Under the pieces are notes generated by a model. That model saw only the letters and a program-made list of their open reading frames with translations. It searched no databases and was not told where the DNA came from. A program made the translations under genes and the position numbers. This document shows, one piece after another, positions 1 through 9,559 of a DNA stretch of 64,000 bases. The stretch comes from Campylobacterales bacterium. Lineage in GTDB: Bacteria > Campylobacterota > Campylobacteria > Campylobacterales > UBA6016. Location of the stretch: positions 296-64,295 of the forward strand of contig JBFWKW010000007.1 of NCBI GenBank assembly GCA_050252455.1, read 5' to 3'. The number at the start of each line of letters is the position of its first letter. The first letter of the stretch is position 1.

Positions 1-1211
1 CTCTCTTTTTGACACTTCTTGTTAGCGGTTGCGCTAACAAAGATTCTTTGCTGGATAGACCAAAAATAGACCCAAATCTACCGAAGCCGACCAATGTTAG
101 AACTATGAGCGATAGAACGTCTATAGGTTTTGAGTGGGAATACACGGCAAATCCCTCAATCGAAGGCTACAAAGTCTATAGAGGCACTGAAGGCGGCGGC
201 TCAGAGCTTATAGCTACTGTAAAAGATAGATTTACGTCCCACTATGCCGATACCGGACTCAAGGCCGATACGAGTTATTCTTATAGGTTTTCATCTTTCA
301 CGAAAGACGGAGTCGAGTCTGACGCAACTACGGTAGTTAGCGTAAAAACGGCGCCGGTAATGGAGCCTATTAGCTTCATAGCGGCAATAAGCAATCTGCC
401 GGAGCGCGCCAAAATCATTTGGAGACCGCACGTAAGCCCGGATGTGGTGGAGTATGTCATCCAAAAAAGCGGTGAAAACGATAAAAACTGGGATGATATA
501 GCTAACGTATCTCCTAGGCTGATGGCTGAATACATAGACACCAAGGTGCAAAGCGGCAAGACATATCACTACAGGGTAATAGCAAAAACATTCGACGGCG
601 CATACTCTAAACCTAGTGAAACGGTTACCGTAACGACGAAAAAACTCCCTCTTGCGGCTACCTCTATATTCGCAACAAAAGATTTACCAAAGCAGATAGC
701 TGTAAGTTGGGAAGCTCCTGAGCAAAAAGAGTTTGATAAGTTCAATCTTTATAGAGCCGATAAGCCGGACTCCAAATATGGGGTCGTATATACCGGAGTT
801 GAGAAAAAGTTTTTGGACAAGATAGACGGCGACGGAGAAGTGAGATATTACAAGGTTTCCGTAGTTGATAAAGACGGCCTTGAGAGCCCGTTTGAACTCT
901 CCGCAACAGGCGTGACTAGACCTAAGCCGCTTACACCTACGTTTACGCTAGCGACAATCAAAGAAAACAGGGTTCATCTGGCATGGACTACAAACGAAAA
1001 AGAGCCTGTAACATTTAAGATAACAAAAAAATGGGGAAGCTTTTTAAACAAGCAAAATATTACATTTACCGACATCAAGGGTTTCAACTTTGAAGACAAG
1101 GATGTAGACCTCGGTCAAAAATATCAGTATTACATAGAGGCCGTAGATAGAGACGGTATAGTGAGCAAGCCGAGCGACGAAGTGGAGCTGTTCGTTCCAA
1201 AGGGGCTTTAA
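1..1211 (+). CDS. Surface lipoprotein with four tandem fibronectin type III-like repeats (FlpA-like), 5'-partial
   Basis: The frame stays open to the window edge. The first residues ..LLVSGC form a lipobox, so the initiator lies upstream of the window. There are four ~95-aa repeats with an FN3-like pattern (GYKVYRG..YSYRF; YHYRVIA; RYYKVSVVDKDGLES; YQYYIEAVDRDGIVS). The downstream order trmB-ftsE matches the Campylobacter flpA neighbourhood as I recall it. Confidence 0.75.
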   Translation, partial: LFLTLLVSGCANKDSLLDRPKIDPNLPKPTNVRTMSDRTSIGFEWEYTANPSIEGYKVYRGTEGGGSELIATVKDRFTSHYADTGLKADTSYSYRFSSFTKDGVESDATTVVSVKTAPVMEPISFIAAISNLPERAKIIWRPHVSPDVVEYVIQKSGENDKNWDDIANVSPRLMAEYIDTKVQSGKTYHYRVIAKTFDGAYSKPSETVTVTTKKLPLAATSIFATKDLPKQIAVSWEAPEQKEFDKFNLYRADKPDSKYGVVYTGVEKKFLDKIDGDGEVRYYKVSVVDKDGLESPFELSATGVTRPKPLTPTFTLATIKENRVHLAWTTNEKEPVTFKITKKWGSFLNKQNITFTDIKGFNFEDKDVDLGQKYQYYIEAVDRDGIVSKPSDEVELFVPKGL

Positions 1212-2378
1212 TTGCCTCACGCTTTTGTAGATAGTATCAAGGGAGATATCGCCGCTACTCAGATTGGCGATATGAAATTGGTTGATTTTTTTGAGACCAG
1301 AAGATACTCTCTTGCTTTTGTGGAACTTGACGGATTTAGCTTTGCGCTCTCCGTCCGTCAAAAAGGGGATGCGTACCTAGTCAAACCAGATAAAAATACG
1401 AGACCTTCCGACCTTAACACAACCAAAAGCGCTATATCTGCTTTTTGCGCCGCTTTTTGCGGCAATATCATATCCTCAAATCTCGAGCAAAAAAAGATAA
1501 AACCAAAATCAGACAAACTTTTAGATCCGCTTTATTTTTGCTCTCACCCTGAGTTTTTTGACTCGGATATCGCCGTCGAGGTCGGATTTGGGAGCGGAAG
1601 ACATCTCTTATACCGTGCCAAAGAGGAGCCAAGCAAGAAATTCATAGGGATTGAGATATACAAACCCTCAATCGAGCAGGTGCGCAGACGATGTGAGCTA
1701 GAGGGTATAGATAATGTATATCTGGTAGATTTTGATGCGAGACTTCTCATTGAGACGATGAAAGAGGGGTCGCTTAGCGAAGTTTATGTTCATTTTCCAG
1801 TTCCTTGGCCGGACAGCCCGACTAGACGGGTGATGTCGGAGAGGTTTTTGAGGAGCTGTTCGGCTGCGCTGAAAGACGGCGGTTTTGTGGAGCTAAGAAG
1901 TGACGATAGGGACTATTTCGAGTACTCTTTTTGCGAGGCGATGAGTCTGCCAAAATCAAGGCTGGAAGTCAAAAAAAACGAACCGGCCGAGATAGTAAGC
2001 AAGTATGAAGATAGATGGCTTCGCAAAGGGAAAGATATTTTTGAGATGAGGTTTTACCCTGAAAAAAGCGACATATCGCAAAAAAGAGAGGCTGATTTCT
2101 CTTTTGACGGCGCCGTTGATGTGGATGTCATAAAAAATCTACCTAAAGAGGCTATGATAAAGGACGGCATTTTGGTAAGCTTTGATGATTTGCTTTTTTC
2201 AAAAAGCGGTAACTTTGCCGTAAAAGTGACATTCGGTGACAGCACTAGACCGGATAGCAGATATATCGTATCGATGGACGGTAAGGTGTCGTATTATCCT
2301 TTTGCCCCGCTTTGTGCCGAGGGTAGTATTACGGCGCATAAAATTATAAAAGAGTTTTTGTATGGAAAAAATAGTTAA
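1212..2378 (+). CDS. trmB: tRNA (guanine-N7)-methyltransferase, long epsilonproteobacterial form
   Basis: The SAM-methyltransferase core carries VGFGSGRHLL, IGIEIY and VHFPVPWP. The TTG start lies 6 nt after the AAAGGGG SD. Confidence 0.85.
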   Translation: MPHAFVDSIKGDIAATQIGDMKLVDFFETRRYSLAFVELDGFSFALSVRQKGDAYLVKPDKNTRPSDLNTTKSAISAFCAAFCGNIISSNLEQKKIKPKSDKLLDPLYFCSHPEFFDSDIAVEVGFGSGRHLLYRAKEEPSKKFIGIEIYKPSIEQVRRRCELEGIDNVYLVDFDARLLIETMKEGSLSEVYVHFPVPWPDSPTRRVMSERFLRSCSAALKDGGFVELRSDDRDYFEYSFCEAMSLPKSRLEVKKNEPAEIVSKYEDRWLRKGKDIFEMRFYPEKSDISQKREADFSFDGAVDVDVIKNLPKEAMIKDGILVSFDDLLFSKSGNFAVKVTFGDSTRPDSRYIVSMDGKVSYYPFAPLCAEGSITAHKIIKEFLYGKNS

Positions 2379-3030
2379 CGCGCAAAACCTAGTACTTGGC
2401 TATAAAAAGCAGGAATCCGTCATTAACAACGGAAATTTCTCTATAGGCAAAGGCGAATTCGTATTTCTGACCGGTCCTAGCGGCAGCGGTAAGACAACGC
2501 TTATCAAGTCTTTATACGGTGGCGTAAGGCCAAGAAGCGGTGCGCTCGAGGTTGCCGGGGTCAATATGCTTAGAGCCGGTAGCGGCAAGCTGACAAACCT
2601 GAGGCGCAAAATGGGACTTGTATTCCAGGACTATAAACTCATAGAAGAGTGGAGCATTAAAAAAAATGTAATGCTTCCGCTCATTATAGCCGGATACGGT
2701 GCGGACATATGTGAGCAGCAAACCTCAAAACTACTTAGCCATGTCAAGCTGACACATAAAGCCGAAGATTATCCGGACGAACTATCGGGCGGCGAACAGC
2801 AAAGGGCGGCGGTGGCTAGGGCGCTTGTCCATAGCCCCCTTATAATAGTAGCCGATGAGCCTACCGGAAACCTTGACGAGTATTCGTCGGAAGTCGTCAT
2901 GGAGCTTCTCAAAACGGCTCACTCTTGCGGCATAACGGTGTTGATAGCTACTCACCATATCCCTAGTCGCTTTGAGCTTCCGTACAAAACCCTTCATATC
3001 GAAAACGGAACTATCCATGAAATACCTTAA
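2362..3030 (+). CDS. ftsE: Cell-division ABC ATPase FtsE
   Basis: Walker A GPSGSGKT, signature LSGGEQQR and Walker B IIVADEPTGNLD are present. It is 222 aa and is followed by an FtsX-like permease. Confidence 0.9.
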   Translation: MEKIVNAQNLVLGYKKQESVINNGNFSIGKGEFVFLTGPSGSGKTTLIKSLYGGVRPRSGALEVAGVNMLRAGSGKLTNLRRKMGLVFQDYKLIEEWSIKKNVMLPLIIAGYGADICEQQTSKLLSHVKLTHKAEDYPDELSGGEQQRAAVARALVHSPLIIVADEPTGNLDEYSSEVVMELLKTAHSCGITVLIATHHIPSRFELPYKTLHIENGTIHEIP

Positions 3031-3829
3031 AAGCCATATAACACTTATATTTTCCCTCGTAGCTTTGCTGTTTAGCTATCAGCTGTACCTTACGATAGGG
3101 GAGCTTACCGTTTCTTATGAAAAAAAGCTTGCAAATGAATATTCTATAGTTGCCGTAGCGGCGCAAAAGATAGAGGAGCATAGTTTCAAAAAAAGCTCAT
3201 ACCTTGTAGCAAGCGCAGAGGAGATAGATGCAAAGCCGTTTTTTGCCGGTTTTAGTAACGACCTTGCCCCTGAGGTGTATCAACAGCTCCAGACTTCACT
3301 CCCATCTTTTTACCGCGTAAAACTAAAGACCTATCCGACAAAAGAGGAATTAAAATCCGTTACGCACTCCATCAAGTCGCTACATGGCGTTATTAAAGTT
3401 GAGAGCTTCGCAAGGACGCAAAACTCCATATCAAATCTTTTGGATGCTTTTAAATCGGGAGTTGTGGCGTATTTGGCGATAGTTTTTGTGTTTAACATAC
3501 TTCTTTTTGTTAAATTTATGGAAGTTTGGAGATTCGAGCATATATCTAGAATGCAGATAATGGCGATATTTGGCGCCCCTGTTTGGATGAGAAGCGTCGT
3601 GCTCATCAAGATGGCTATCGTCGACTCATTTTTTGCCGTTGCGATTACGGTCGGAGCTTTTTACTTTTTGTCGATATCGCCCGATACGGCCTTGTATCTC
3701 AAAAGCATAGGGCTTGACGGGAATATATCTTTTGATATACAAGAAAGCATATTGCATCTTGGCGGATTGTCTCTTGGGGTTTCTCTTTTTGCCGTTTCGA
3801 TGATTGCATTTAGAAGGCTTGATAGTTGA
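3017..3829 (+). CDS. ftsX: FtsX-like cell-division permease
   Basis: Topology is an N-terminal TM, a ~120-aa loop and three C-terminal TMs. It overlaps the ftsE stop by 14 nt. I chose the internal ATG at 3017 (MKYLKSH) over the ORF-track start at 2972, which lies inside ftsE. Confidence 0.7.
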   Translation: MKYLKSHITLIFSLVALLFSYQLYLTIGELTVSYEKKLANEYSIVAVAAQKIEEHSFKKSSYLVASAEEIDAKPFFAGFSNDLAPEVYQQLQTSLPSFYRVKLKTYPTKEELKSVTHSIKSLHGVIKVESFARTQNSISNLLDAFKSGVVAYLAIVFVFNILLFVKFMEVWRFEHISRMQIMAIFGAPVWMRSVVLIKMAIVDSFFAVAITVGAFYFLSISPDTALYLKSIGLDGNISFDIQESILHLGGLSLGVSLFAVSMIAFRRLDS

Positions 3830-5088
3830 GACTCGCTCTTTTTTTGGCTTCGGCTTGTATAGGTGTTTTTGCTGCTCCTGCGTCTACGGTCGCAATAGAT
3901 AAGGATATCAAAAAGACACAGTCGCAAATAGCCCAAAAAGGCAAAGAGTACAACAAGCTTTCAAGCTCCATAGACGAGGCCGCAAAAGATATCATTGAAG
4001 AGCAAAACAAGATAAAAAGCCTTGACGCTCAGATAGTAAATCTTGAGGCGGATGTCGCAAAGCTGGGTGTGGAACATCAACAAAAAACAGTTGAAGTCGG
4101 CGGTATCGAGGAGCAAAAAAAGAAGCTTGAAAATGAAAAAGCCGAGCTTGAAAAAAAACTGATAGCAATCCTCGCAAAAGACCTCTCCGCGTCACTCGTG
4201 CTTGAGGGGACGCAGCCGTCAGGTGAAGAGGATATAGTAAAAGCGCAGCTCTCAAAGACTTTGACCAAGGCGGTTTCGGGGTATGTCACGAAGCTAAAAG
4301 CCGAGTATATGGTGCGCCAAAGGATGATAGCCGAACTGGAGACAAAAATAAAGCACATCAAAAACTCGATGAGCGCATTGGAGCAAAAAAAGCTCAAGCT
4401 TGCGCAGACCAAAGAGGAGAGGGTGCGAACTATCGCCAAAATCCAAAGACAAGCCGAAAACTACAAGGCTAGACTTGAAAAGCTAGCAAAAGAACAACAG
4501 CAAGCCAGGGCAACGCTTGAACAGCTCAACATCCTAAAGCGCCAAAGACTTGCAGAGGCTGCAAAGGCGAAGCCAAAAGCTGCGCCAAAAACCGCTACTG
4601 CTCAAAAACAACCTAGTGATATAAACATAGATGACGTGCAGCTAAACGACGACGTTAAAATGATGGGGTCTTCATATCAGGCTACCAAGTCTGCCAGATA
4701 TACCGGGCGCAAAGTACCGGGGCCGCTTGAGAGCTTTAGGGTTGTAAAACAGTTTGGTCCTTATACCGACCCTATATACAAGATACGGATACATAACGAC
4801 TCGGTAACGCTTCGTTCAAATTCTCAGGATGTTATGGTTAAAAATATAATGGACGGAAAGGTGGTCTTTGCCAAATCCGTTGCCGCTCTAGGAAATGTGG
4901 TAATCGTCCAGCATGACGGCAATCTGCACTCAATCTACGCCCACTTGACAAAAATAGCCCCTACCGTACAAGCCGGCAAAAGAATAGAACAGGGCGCCGT
5001 AGTCGGAAGAGTCGATAGGGAGCTTACTTTTGAGATAACAAAAGAGGACGTGCCGATAAATCCTATGGATGTCATAACGGCACAGTAA
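3826..5088 (+). CDS. EnvC-like coiled-coil protein with degenerate LytM (M23) domain
   Basis: It has a signal peptide, a ~250-aa Lys/Glu/Gln-rich coiled coil and a C-terminal M23 fold (VVIVQHDGNLHSIYAHL). The HxxxD and terminal HxH metal ligands are missing (IHNDSVTL; ELTFEI). The TTG start overlaps the ftsX stop. Confidence 0.75.
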   Translation: MRLALFLASACIGVFAAPASTVAIDKDIKKTQSQIAQKGKEYNKLSSSIDEAAKDIIEEQNKIKSLDAQIVNLEADVAKLGVEHQQKTVEVGGIEEQKKKLENEKAELEKKLIAILAKDLSASLVLEGTQPSGEEDIVKAQLSKTLTKAVSGYVTKLKAEYMVRQRMIAELETKIKHIKNSMSALEQKKLKLAQTKEERVRTIAKIQRQAENYKARLEKLAKEQQQARATLEQLNILKRQRLAEAAKAKPKAAPKTATAQKQPSDINIDDVQLNDDVKMMGSSYQATKSARYTGRKVPGPLESFRVVKQFGPYTDPIYKIRIHNDSVTLRSNSQDVMVKNIMDGKVVFAKSVAALGNVVIVQHDGNLHSIYAHLTKIAPTVQAGKRIEQGAVVGRVDRELTFEITKEDVPINPMDVITAQ

Positions 5089-5093
5089 GACTA

Positions 5094-6788
5094 CTAAAAC
5101 TTTGCCCCGATGCTAAAAAGTAAACCATGATATTCTTTTGTATACACTCTCATGAATCCAATGTTAGAAAAATGATAAACCACATAAAGCTCTTTTGCTT
5201 CTCGCTTTTGTTTGTTAATGTATGCAACGTTATTTCTAGTTTCAAACCCTATGTGTACTTTATCTGAATGCCAGTGCGATATACCGTATATTAAGTCCAT
5301 ATTGGCTGAGCTTTCTATGGGCTGCACCGAGATATAGCCCAAAATGTAAGCTTTTATATCATTGTATTCAAATGTCTTCCCGATTCCAAAGCCGGCATTT
5401 GGTGTTAGTTTGTCATTTTTTAGCGGTCTGTCATATGCAATATTTATTTTCCAAGATGGCTGATTGTGGAATGGCAGGTATGCAGAAATAGACTCTATCT
5501 CGGCGATATTAATCTTTTCAATCTTTGTGTCGACATCCTTTCTTGATAACTCTGTTTCAAAGAATTTTAGACTTGCTTCATTAATTTCACTTGTTTTGTC
5601 CAGTTTTTTATCTAAAAGATAGGGTTGTATATTTATGCTGCCTCCATTTTTTTGGAGGTATTTTGTAAATTCAATTTTTGAGCTTCCATTTGTGTGATTG
5701 CTTTCATGGGCTTCTATGGATGGCGTTTTGTATATTGATGATTTAGTTTCTGAAAAGTCTGATTTTGAATAACCGTATTTTTTGAATAAAATATCATAGT
5801 AGCCATTCAACAGATACAGATATTTGTCTCTAGTGTCCGATGAAATACCGATTTGCTCATTTAGGAAATCTATCGGTCGCTCACTTTTAACAATATCTGA
5901 GAATAGATTTTTATCTTTGCTATTTAGGCTTTTGTAAACTAGATACATTTTATTTATCTGCGGCTCTCTCTTTTGTATGTTTGTTACAATATTTTTTTCA
6001 TGTATAGCGTCAAGCACCCTGAATGGAGCGACAATGCCAGTGTGTGTTTTGGTTAATTGAAGTGATGGTCTGGCTATATCCAAAAACCACAATACTTCAT
6101 AGGCACAATTTTCGGTAAAAAATTTATAGGGTACATTAATCCCAAACATTTCATACATATGAAGCTTTATAGTATCTACTTCATCAGAATTTAGATTAAG
6201 TTTATACTCCGTTAATGCTCTTTGTTCTATGTTTCCGTAGTTTTCTATTATTTTAAAATATTGATTGGCTACATATTTGCCCGTAAAGCCACCGGTGATT
6301 CCTTTTGTTAGCAGTTGTATAAAGCCCGTTTTTTGCGGTATCTCTGCGGCATAACCTATTGTTTGAGAGAACATATTGTTTTTATTGTCAATTTTTATAA
6401 AAATATGACCAAAATATGATATTGGTGATTCTAAATACGACGATGCAAAAACAACACTAGATTCATCCCCATTGCTGCTTGCCAAAAATGCATTTAAATC
6501 ATCACAGTGCTTGAAAGATATATTTAAATCAAGTTTTTTCTTTAGAAATTTATATCTTGCCGGGTATTTACATATTGTTTCGCATGCTTTATTTGTTTTT
6601 AGCGCTTGAATATGGGCGGCATATTCACTCTCGGCTGTTCTCTCGTGCGATAAAAAAAAATGCTCATCCTGAATTTCAGATATATTATTTTTAATGTGTA
6701 GCAATGCTAGCCATTGCGGGTCATCATCGTATTTTTTTGCATGCAGTAAATATGTGAATAGTAAAAGTGAAATCAGTATTTTTAGCAA
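5094..6788 (-). CDS. Exported DUF4105-like (Lnb N-terminal domain-like) protein with beta-barrel-like C-terminus
   Basis: It has a signal peptide (MLKILISLLLFTYLLHA). A conserved-looking His (FGHIFIKID) and Cys (FFTENCAYEVLWFLD) are arranged as I recall for DUF4105. The C-terminal third is beta-rich and ends ..LFSIGAKF with a terminal Phe, an OMP-like signature. The family assignment is from memory. Confidence 0.55.
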   Translation of the reverse strand: MLKILISLLLFTYLLHAKKYDDDPQWLALLHIKNNISEIQDEHFFLSHERTAESEYAAHIQALKTNKACETICKYPARYKFLKKKLDLNISFKHCDDLNAFLASSNGDESSVVFASSYLESPISYFGHIFIKIDNKNNMFSQTIGYAAEIPQKTGFIQLLTKGITGGFTGKYVANQYFKIIENYGNIEQRALTEYKLNLNSDEVDTIKLHMYEMFGINVPYKFFTENCAYEVLWFLDIARPSLQLTKTHTGIVAPFRVLDAIHEKNIVTNIQKREPQINKMYLVYKSLNSKDKNLFSDIVKSERPIDFLNEQIGISSDTRDKYLYLLNGYYDILFKKYGYSKSDFSETKSSIYKTPSIEAHESNHTNGSSKIEFTKYLQKNGGSINIQPYLLDKKLDKTSEINEASLKFFETELSRKDVDTKIEKINIAEIESISAYLPFHNQPSWKINIAYDRPLKNDKLTPNAGFGIGKTFEYNDIKAYILGYISVQPIESSANMDLIYGISHWHSDKVHIGFETRNNVAYINKQKREAKELYVVYHFSNIGFMRVYTKEYHGLLFSIGAKF

Positions 6789-6792
6789 GCGG

Positions 6793-7089
6793 TTATTCTT
6801 TTATGATAGAGTTTGCAAAAATATAAGCATTTTTATGGGTGGTTGCCAATTTTTTTAATTTTTTTAATTTTTGTTCTTTGGATAGATTGGTCGGCATGGC
6901 ATTGATTAGACTATCTAAATATTCGCCGCCATCATTGTTAATCTCAATAAGCAATCTATTGTGATTTAGGAGTACAAAAGAAACTATATGTGCATTTTCC
7001 TCTGCCTCGCTCCATCTTTTTAAATTTACAGATTCACATGAATAAGCAGATAAAAATAAGAAACAAGCGACGCAGAGATATTTATGCAC
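6793..7089 (-). CDS. Small exported protein, unknown function
   Basis: 98 aa with a signal peptide (MHKYLCVACFLFLSAYS). It abuts the PEGA gene stop exactly and lies 4 nt from the next gene. Confidence 0.5.
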   Translation of the reverse strand: MHKYLCVACFLFLSAYSCESVNLKRWSEAEENAHIVSFVLLNHNRLLIEINNDGGEYLDSLINAMPTNLSKEQKLKKLKKLATTHKNAYIFANSIIKE

Positions 7090-7455
7090 TTAGTCTTTTT
7101 TCATTTCAACAAAATAATTGTTTGGCTCATACTTCCAAGCCGCACCGGTAATCATATCTGTCGTACTAATATCCCAAAAGATATTTAGAAGAGCAACGCC
7201 GTCATATTGATGGGTTACAGGTAGATTTACCGTTTGGAAGCCATCTTTTTTGAAAGTAACTGTTTTGTCTTTTGATGATTTTGGCAGCGATATCGTGCAT
7301 GGGGTTGTGCATGTGGATACACCGTCAACTAATACCGTAGCGCCCTCAGGTTTACTGTTGAATGTTACATTTTGGTTTTGTCCGCTAATTATGGTGGCGC
7401 TTGCAAAAGCAAAGCTTGAAAGCATCAATGCCGAAGGAATAATTTTTTTTAACAT
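7090..7455 (-). CDS. PEGA-domain exported protein
   Basis: It has a signal peptide and a literal PEGA motif: SKPEGATVLVDGVSTCTTPCTISLPK...VTFKKDGFQ. Confidence 0.75.
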   Translation of the reverse strand: MLKKIIPSALMLSSFAFASATIISGQNQNVTFNSKPEGATVLVDGVSTCTTPCTISLPKSSKDKTVTFKKDGFQTVNLPVTHQYDGVALLNIFWDISTTDMITGAAWKYEPNNYFVEMKKD

Positions 7456-7755
7456 AAATGAAAGTCTCCTTATTTTTTAGAATGCGTGTAGTTTTACAAA
7501 ATATTTCTTAATTTTACCAATTTTATATAGCAATATATTATTAATATTATAACTTATTTATGCACTAAAATAAAACAAAGCCAATATTTACAGCTATTGT
7601 ATTGAAAAATAATGTGACTAAAATCTAACTTTTATTTTTATGGAATGCACGTGCTAAAATAGGAATAATTGCGAAATGTAATAAATTATTGAATGCAAAA
7701 TGCATATGAGCGAATTTTGGATGTATTATCCGATGAGGTTATTTAGGCGCAGTAG

Positions 7756-8241
7756 TTATTTGATATCGTGCAGTTTTAGTACGAACTCGACTTCGCCTGT
7801 ACCGATGCGAAGTTGCTTTGCTATCTCTTCTATCCCAAAACCGTTTGAAAACAGTGAGACTATCTTATTCTCATCAAGTCCTGTGGAGCTAGGCGTGACC
7901 GAGGTGAGCGGCTTCATTTTGCTCTCTAGGTCTAGGTATCTCTCTACGAGGCTCTCTTTGAACTCGAGATTATCTTTTTGAAGCTCGTGAAACTTGTCTA
8001 TGATTACACGGCTAACTTCAGAAAACTCCTCCAGTTCGCTAGCCGACATTCCACCCTCTTTGACGGCGACACTTTTGGCTTTTACCTCTTTTTCCAGCCT
8101 GTGAAGGTTTTGGTTTATGAGGTCGAATGTTTTTTCGTAGAGTTTTAGCTTTTTGTTGATGGCGCTCTCTCTGATGTAAACAAATATAAAAAGGAAAAAA
8201 ACCGCTATACTGATGAGAGCTACGAGTATTAAATCCATCAT
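7756..8241 (-). CDS. Membrane-anchored coiled-coil protein with C-terminal HTH-like motif
   Basis: It has an N-terminal TM (LILVALISIAVFFLFIFVYI), a charged helical middle and a C-terminus FGIEEIAKQLRIGTGEVEFVLKL. It overlaps the upstream gene by 4 nt. Confidence 0.6.
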   Translation of the reverse strand: MMDLILVALISIAVFFLFIFVYIRESAINKKLKLYEKTFDLINQNLHRLEKEVKAKSVAVKEGGMSASELEEFSEVSRVIIDKFHELQKDNLEFKESLVERYLDLESKMKPLTSVTPSSTGLDENKIVSLFSNGFGIEEIAKQLRIGTGEVEFVLKLHDIK

Positions 8242-8756
8242 CTAAAAGCCTTATCCCTTGCTATCTCTTCTCTATCTTTTGAAGCCAAATATCCGTCAAA
8301 ATCAGCTTTATCTTTAGGCCACATTTTGACTATCGTTGCGTGTTCGCTATCCGTTGCCTCAAAGAAAAACGGTATTTGCCTCGAGCGAAACAGGGGCAAA
8401 TTTATTCTTGCGTAGTATAGCTGACCCTGTTTTAGATTGTCTAGTTTTATCGTATCAAACCAGGCAAAATTGAGTTCGGTATTGTACGATAGAGGGATAA
8501 AGCTCTCGGTTTCACCCTTAACTATCTTTGTTAGGTCATCTATTTTTTTGTGCAGCTCGGCGATTAGCATTATCGTCATCTCATCAGGGGCATTTTTCCC
8601 CTCTTTGGCCTTCATCTTTTGGATAAAGTCATCTACCGGATTCGTGTCTGTGGAGCTAAAAGATTCAAACTCTCTCTCAAACTCATTAAGACGATCATCC
8701 GCCTCTTCATAGCATATCGTCGCCGCTGTTCTTACTAATTTCATTGATGTATCCAA
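8238..8756 (-). CDS. Conserved hypothetical cytoplasmic protein
   Basis: 172-aa ORF in an operon with ubiA (16-nt overlap) and the next gene (4-nt overlap). I recognise no motif. Confidence 0.5.
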   Translation of the reverse strand: MDTSMKLVRTAATICYEEADDRLNEFEREFESFSSTDTNPVDDFIQKMKAKEGKNAPDEMTIMLIAELHKKIDDLTKIVKGETESFIPLSYNTELNFAWFDTIKLDNLKQGQLYYARINLPLFRSRQIPFFFEATDSEHATIVKMWPKDKADFDGYLASKDREEIARDKAFR

Positions 8757-9559
8757 ATATCGGTTGCGACAAGGGCAAAAAATAGTATCCCAAGGTATCC
8801 GTTAACCGTGAAAAATGCTTTGTTGATTGCGCCGCTATCACGACGCACCAAAAAGTGCTCATATCCAAGCAGTGCTGCCGCGACGGCAACGGCGGACATC
8901 GATATCGCCGATAAGCCCGCATATCCTATAAACAAAAACCAAAAAATAACAGTTAGCATGTGAAATGCGGCCGCAAAATTGAGAGACGCACTTTCCCCAA
9001 AGACCGAAGGGATAGAGTAAAGTCCCTCTTTTTTGTCAAATTCCATATCCTGAAGCGCATAAAAAATATCAAATCCAGCCACCCAAAACAATACCCCGAG
9101 GGCAAGCAGCACACTCCAAGCAGATATGCTTTCGCTGACGGCTATCTCTCCCGCTATGGGGGCTAGAGCTAGAGATAGTCCAAGCACTAGATGTGCGGCC
9201 GATGAGAATCGTTTGAAATACGAGTATGCCGCCAAAATAGGCAAAAATGCAAAAGAGAGCGCAAATGCAAGTTCGTTAATAGCAAACGATACCGCTATAA
9301 AACCTATGGCGCAGGCAGATATTACGATTAGCTGGGTATTGGCCGATACCCTGCCGTCTACGCTCGGTCTTGATGCGGTACGTGGATTTTTGGCGTCAAA
9401 TTTTCTGTCGGCAAATCTATTGACACCCATCGCAAAAGTGCGGGCAAAAAAGGCGGCTAGAATGCCTAGAATTAGCAAATATACAGATGGAAAGCCATTG
9501 GAGGCGACTATCATAGCAATAAGTATAAATGGTAGTGAAAATACCGTATGCGAGAGCAT
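8741..9559 (-). CDS. ubiA: UbiA-family aromatic prenyltransferase (likely menaquinone/futalosine-pathway prenyltransferase)
   Basis: The Asp-rich motif NRFADRKFDAKNPRTASRP is present, with multiple TMs and a second motif YALQDMEFDKKEG. The true start is probably upstream at ATT 9595 (see findings). Confidence 0.8.
   Translation of the reverse strand: MLSHTVFSLPFILIAMIVASNGFPSVYLLILGILAAFFARTFAMGVNRFADRKFDAKNPRTASRPSVDGRVSANTQLIVISACAIGFIAVSFAINELAFALSFAFLPILAAYSYFKRFSSAAHLVLGLSLALAPIAGEIAVSESISAWSVLLALGVLFWVAGFDIFYALQDMEFDKKEGLYSIPSVFGESASLNFAAAFHMLTVIFWFLFIGYAGLSAISMSAVAVAAALLGYEHFLVRRDSGAINKAFFTVNGYLGILFFALVATDIWIHQ

Noticed and set aside
5094-7755. Calling the low-GC module (and the 12999-14092 islet) a mobile element or genomic island
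   Set aside because: I could find no integrase, transposase, flanking tRNA, or direct or inverted terminal repeats. Only the compositional deviation is supportable, so these are reported as findings and not as mobile_element features.
7456-7755. Fur-box-like or other operator sequences in the AT-rich leader (e.g. TAATAAATTATT)
   Set aside because: The region is so AT-rich that near-palindromic A/T strings are expected by chance. None matches a consensus I can state with confidence.
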